From IMG/VR virus record IMGVR_UViG_3300032608_000514, positions 1 through 39,956 of that record: a stretch of DNA of 39,956 nucleotides. One strand, 5' to 3'. Source of the DNA: a virus (Duplodnaviria; Caudoviricetes). The translations under genes were made by a program, and so were the position numbers. Under the pieces are notes generated by a model. That model was not told the DNA's origin. It was given only the letters and a program-made list of their open reading frames with translations, and made no database searches. Below are positions 36,826-39,956 of this stretch, in pieces (the first letter of the stretch is position 1; every line of letters begins with the position of its first letter).

Positions 36826-37098
36826 TTAAGCGCTCTCTAGATATTGCCGACCTTTATCGGTCAAATAGTAATAGCTATTATAATCATCATGCCACGGTGC
36901 TCTCACTAATCCCTCAGTTCTTAGCTTACCTAAAAGACCACCTCCAGCCATAGGCATCATAGCGCCAAAGGATGCACCATTACCGCACTTATGTATTCTC
37001 TTCCAGCCATCTGAATCTGGCCACATCAGCCGAGCAAATTGCTTAGGGCTATGTATTTGATTATCTCTTATAACTTCTAATGCTTTCTTGAACTTCAC
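36826..37098 (-). CDS. wHTH-like hypothetical protein (site-bounded unit)
   Basis: LGKLRTEGLV...YYLTDKGRQYL pattern. Confidence 0.55.
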   Translation of the reverse strand: MKFKKALEVIRDNQIHSPKQFARLMWPDSDGWKRIHKCGNGASFGAMMPMAGGGLLGKLRTEGLVRAPWHDDYNSYYYLTDKGRQYLESA

Positions 37099-37132
37099 CC
37101 TCTGCTCTCCTTTAACTTACTAACATGTATCG

Positions 37133-37339
37133 TTAAGGCTCATCTACTAAAGTCACCAGCAGTTGCCGAGTAGACTCTGTTGCGTTAAAGCTATGACCGT
37201 CTCTATCATAGCTGTAGTACTGGGGCAAGCCTACTTCCTTGAGCCACTTCTTGAATACCCGTCCGGCATCCCCCGGGGTTAATAGCCTATCGCTAATCTC
37301 GCAACTCTTATTATCCAGCATCTCAGTTAGTGTCATCAT
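37133..37339 (-). CDS. Hypothetical protein
   Basis: TAA lies in the site arm. Confidence 0.6.
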   Translation of the reverse strand: MMTLTEMLDNKSCEISDRLLTPGDAGRVFKKWLKEVGLPQYYSYDRDGHSFNATESTRQLLVTLVDEP

Positions 37340-37590
37340 GCACCCTCCTTCAGGACTTCAATTATATCCTTCGACTCTACGTTTAAGCCAGCTTTAGCTA
37401 TAACTACCTCACCAGACAATCCCATCATGGCCTGTGCAGTAATAAGTACCACAACCGGTATTGCTGCTGCCGGATGACTTATCTTCAACCCTACCCCTCC
37501 TCTTGGCGGTGGCAATAGCCCGGCTTCCATAATTGTCCATCCTTGGAGCTTCTTAATGTCCTCTGGCTTAGTTATAACTAGCTCTGGCAC
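37336..37590 (-). CDS. Hypothetical protein
   Basis: AGGAGG RBS; ATGA coupling. Confidence 0.6.
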   Translation of the reverse strand: MPELVITKPEDIKKLQGWTIMEAGLLPPPRGGVGLKISHPAAAIPVVVLITAQAMMGLSGEVVIAKAGLNVESKDIIEVLKEGA

Positions 37591-37840
37591 CGGCTCATAC
37601 CTCCTACTTTATTTGACCCACTAGAATGCAAATCTACGGGTTTATTTGGCTTATCAATGGTATTGTACCTTCTTTTCATTTAACCCCTTTTAACACTTGG
37701 TAGTGAACTGTTAAGGCTACCTGTGTGGTACTCCTACAAAATATATTGATAAAGTAGGATTTATAACCTAACAGTTGTATGATACAGTTAAGTAAGTACA
37801 AACTACTATGGTAAGGCCTGCTCCTTTACCGGCTTGAACT

Positions 37841-38419
37841 TTACTCGGTACTTTCAGTTTCACCAGTCTTCTCCTGTTCTTTAATTTCCTCAGCAGCTTC
37901 TTTAGCCGCCTCTTCCGCTCTCAAATCATCAGCACAAGTGCCACAGATGTTGCTGTCAACACCTTCTTCAATAGGCTTGTTACATCGAGAACATGCTTTA
38001 GGCTTAGGTTCTGCTTTTTCTTTCTCTTCAGCTTCTAGTGCTGGCATACCGAGGTACTCTGGAACGAATGGCTTCACTGGAACCCAGAAGAGATGACCGG
38101 CATCACAGCTAACATTAACAGCAAGCCCAGCTTTAGGTCCTTTGCTGAGTTGCCCATGCGCTTCACAGATAGGGCACTTACCGGCATCAAGCAGCTCTAT
38201 CTCCTCTTCAGTAAGCTGCCTTTCGCCCTTGCCTACACCTGCTTCTGTTTCCTCAGCTTCAGTACTCCAGATGTGCAGGGTAAGCCTCTCGTCGCCTCTG
38301 ATGCCTTCGACCTTTACTGCATGCTCGACTACGGATATCTCCACAGTCTCGCAGCCGGCAGTTGCCAAGCTGAACAGCGCCTGGCTCATTCCTTTTAACC
38401 TCACTATTACTTTATCCAT
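37841..38419 (-). CDS. Zn-ribbon protein with acidic tail
   Basis: CPIC, CDAGH, CSRC and CGTC pairs. Confidence 0.65.
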   Translation of the reverse strand: MDKVIVRLKGMSQALFSLATAGCETVEISVVEHAVKVEGIRGDERLTLHIWSTEAEETEAGVGKGERQLTEEEIELLDAGKCPICEAHGQLSKGPKAGLAVNVSCDAGHLFWVPVKPFVPEYLGMPALEAEEKEKAEPKPKACSRCNKPIEEGVDSNICGTCADDLRAEEAAKEAAEEIKEQEKTGETESTE

Positions 38420-38751
38420 TACTTTACCTCCTTGTTTTTCTCTCCCCCTTTACCAGAGAGGGCTTGCCACCATTTAACTATTCTGTCCTCATTCATTGCG
38501 CTACGTAATATAAGGTTGCCATCACCATCACGGGTAAAAAGGCGTTCCTCTATCTCTCCAAATATCTGCCTTATGGCTTCCTCTATCTTTGGCTGGAGTA
38601 GGGCAAGGATTTGGCTCTTTACCCGCTCCCTGTCTTCACACCCCAGTCGCCATACTTCACCGTGAATTTCTGTTTTAAGTAAATCGTCTATCTTCTTCTC
38701 CAACTCCTTATCATCCATTTCTTTTCCCTCCTTTTCTCTAATAGCCAGCAA

Positions 38752-39018
38752 TCAAGTAACATCAACCATAAACCTTAATGCCATAGCCGCCAATTGTGTA
38801 GCCTCTCTGCGCATTTGGTCAATATCGTAATCCTTCTGCTTCTTTCTTATTTCGCCCTCTAGTTCCAGATATTCTTCCCTGATAACACCCCAACCCTCGT
38901 GTGCATTGTGGAACTTGTCAAACTCGCTAAAAGCTCTTTCGTATTCCTCTCTAATCAATCTCAACGCACTTATCTTATCCATCTGTATTTCAACCTTTCC
39001 CATTTGCACGCTGGGCAA
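38752..39018 (-). CDS. MazG-like all-alpha NTP pyrophosphohydrolase-family protein
   Basis: HEGWGVIREEYLEL...MRREATQLAAMALRF. Confidence 0.6.
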   Translation of the reverse strand: MPSVQMGKVEIQMDKISALRLIREEYERAFSEFDKFHNAHEGWGVIREEYLELEGEIRKKQKDYDIDQMRREATQLAAMALRFMVDVT

Positions 39019-39446
39019 TTATAGGCGTGGTATCCATCGGTTCCTATGTCGTGCTTCGTATCGGGTATCTGTAATTCTTCTATCTCCTTAATCAATGCCT
39101 CTATGTGGGTACGGCACTCGGAAACCTCTAGCGTTCTAAATTGTTTCATCTTATCCCTCCTCTATTCAAATATTTTATACATCAGGGAGTACACTTGGTT
39201 TCCCGCCTTCATAGAAGGGCATTTTATCTGGCTTACCAAAGAACTCGTGAAGTACTATCCAGCCAAGAACAAGGGGGTAGACAAGGCAGGTGATAGCAGT
39301 CGCCAACAGTATGCGCTTTCTGCACTCCGGTAAGAGTTCCCAGAGGTGGAGAAAAGTACCAAGTATATCATCTTTCCGCTTGCCCATAGAATACCCCTTG
39401 AAAAAGCTTTTAACCCCCTTCTCGCCTATTCTGTGTGGTCTCATTT

Positions 39447-39791
39447 CTACTTACCCCTTACTGCCCCAGCTAAGTCATATAGCATCGTTGCCTTGAACGG
39501 TAATTCATCAGCTCCGCTTACAATCTCAGCAGCTTTGGCTAACTGGTCGCTCTTATCCCAAAGTTCATGCCAGTTGCCAACCACTGAAAGCAAGTGAAAC
39601 TTGGCGTGCAGCTTCTTAACCTCTATTTCAAAAGTATCGTAGAGTAGGTCGTTACCGGTACGGCAGTAGGCTTCATAAATCTGCAAGCACCTGTCGAGAG
39701 GTACTCTAACTTCGTCTAGAAGCTTGCAGTAGGCTCCTTCGCTTATCTTCGAGTCGAATTCAGGGCTCCACTGTGGCAGAGCTATTTTCAC
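39447..39791 (-). CDS. Hypothetical protein
   Basis: AGGAGG RBS; follows the junction-spanning gene. Confidence 0.65.
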   Translation of the reverse strand: MKIALPQWSPEFDSKISEGAYCKLLDEVRVPLDRCLQIYEAYCRTGNDLLYDTFEIEVKKLHAKFHLLSVVGNWHELWDKSDQLAKAAEIVSGADELPFKATMLYDLAGAVRGK

Positions 39792-39792
39792 C

Positions 39793-39956
39793 TTAGCCTC
39801 CTACCTTAAACCTGATTACCCACACCCACGGGTTTTTGTCCCAGCCATAGCCACGCTTGGCATTGAGGGAGTCCCATAAATCTATAAAGGGAAGAATAGT
39901 CATATTTTGCGTTCTGCATCCCTCGTCCCAAACATCTTGAGTAGTTATCTCCTGCA
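39793..39956 (-). CDS. ASCH-like phage protein, 3' part (continuation of 1-654)
   Basis: ...GYGWDKNPWVWVIRFKVGG*. Confidence 0.85.
   Translation of the reverse strand, partial: QEITTQDVWDEGCRTQNMTILPFIDLWDSLNAKRGYGWDKNPWVWVIRFKVGG
39838..39956. repeat. Terminal direct repeat, copy 2
   Basis: Identical to 1-119. Confidence 0.97.

Larger units (their letters stand above)
35174..37791. repeat. Right array of TTAAC-N15-GTTAA gene-boundary sites
   Basis: Exact copies at 35519-35543, 35967-35991, 36316-36340, 36805-36829, 37112-37136 and 37690-37714; variants at 35174-35198 (ATAAC) and 37768-37791 (CTAAC-N14). Confidence 0.92.

Noticed and set aside
35174-37791. Arrays as CRISPR or canonical integron attC sites
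   Set aside because: The intervals are 300-580-bp coding units, not spacers, and there is no cas operon. The sites are 25 bp with no L boxes or long hairpin, and no IntI-type integrase is present.
2801-39597. Antisense ORFs in the track (e.g. 2889-3266, 8617-8904, 19030-19386, 26226-26663, 33924-34280, 36090-36470)
   Set aside because: They overlap better-supported genes on the opposite strand and lack an RBS or motifs.
1-39956. Tailed phage, archaeal virus, or reverse-transcriptase/DGR element
   Set aside because: No terminase, portal, HK97 capsid, tape measure, reverse transcriptase or tRNA was recognised. QueF, preQ1-I-like aptamers and sigma70-type promoters favour a bacterial host despite the MCM-like and ERCC4 genes.

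Overview
This window is most likely a complete circular virus genome of about 39,837 bp. Bases 1-119 repeat exactly at 39838-39956, and an ASCH-like phage gene reads in frame across that join. I recognised no terminase, portal, HK97 capsid or tail genes. Instead there are four paralogous ~150-167 aa proteins resembling the single-jelly-roll capsid proteins of Thermus phage P23-77-like viruses, an FtsK/HerA-type packaging ATPase split by a frameshift, many small membrane proteins and spike-like proteins. This points to a tailless, internal-membrane virus. AGGAGG ribosome-binding sites, sigma70-like promoters, QueF and preQ1-I-like aptamers favour a bacterial host. The minus arm carries replication and recombination genes (MCM-like AAA+, Sak4-like ATPase, PD-(D/E)XK, ERCC4, TopoVI-A-like), a short tyrosine recombinase, a DNA methyltransferase and a salvage-only 7-deazaguanine operon (dpdA-like, yhhQ, queF). 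The most striking unexplained signal is a 25-bp palindromic site, TTAAC-N15-GTTAA (9 exact and 4 near copies). It sits between the stop codon of one small accessory gene and the RBS of the next, forming two arrays that look like a miniature integron-like cassette system. All family calls come from motif recognition by eye; no searches were run.
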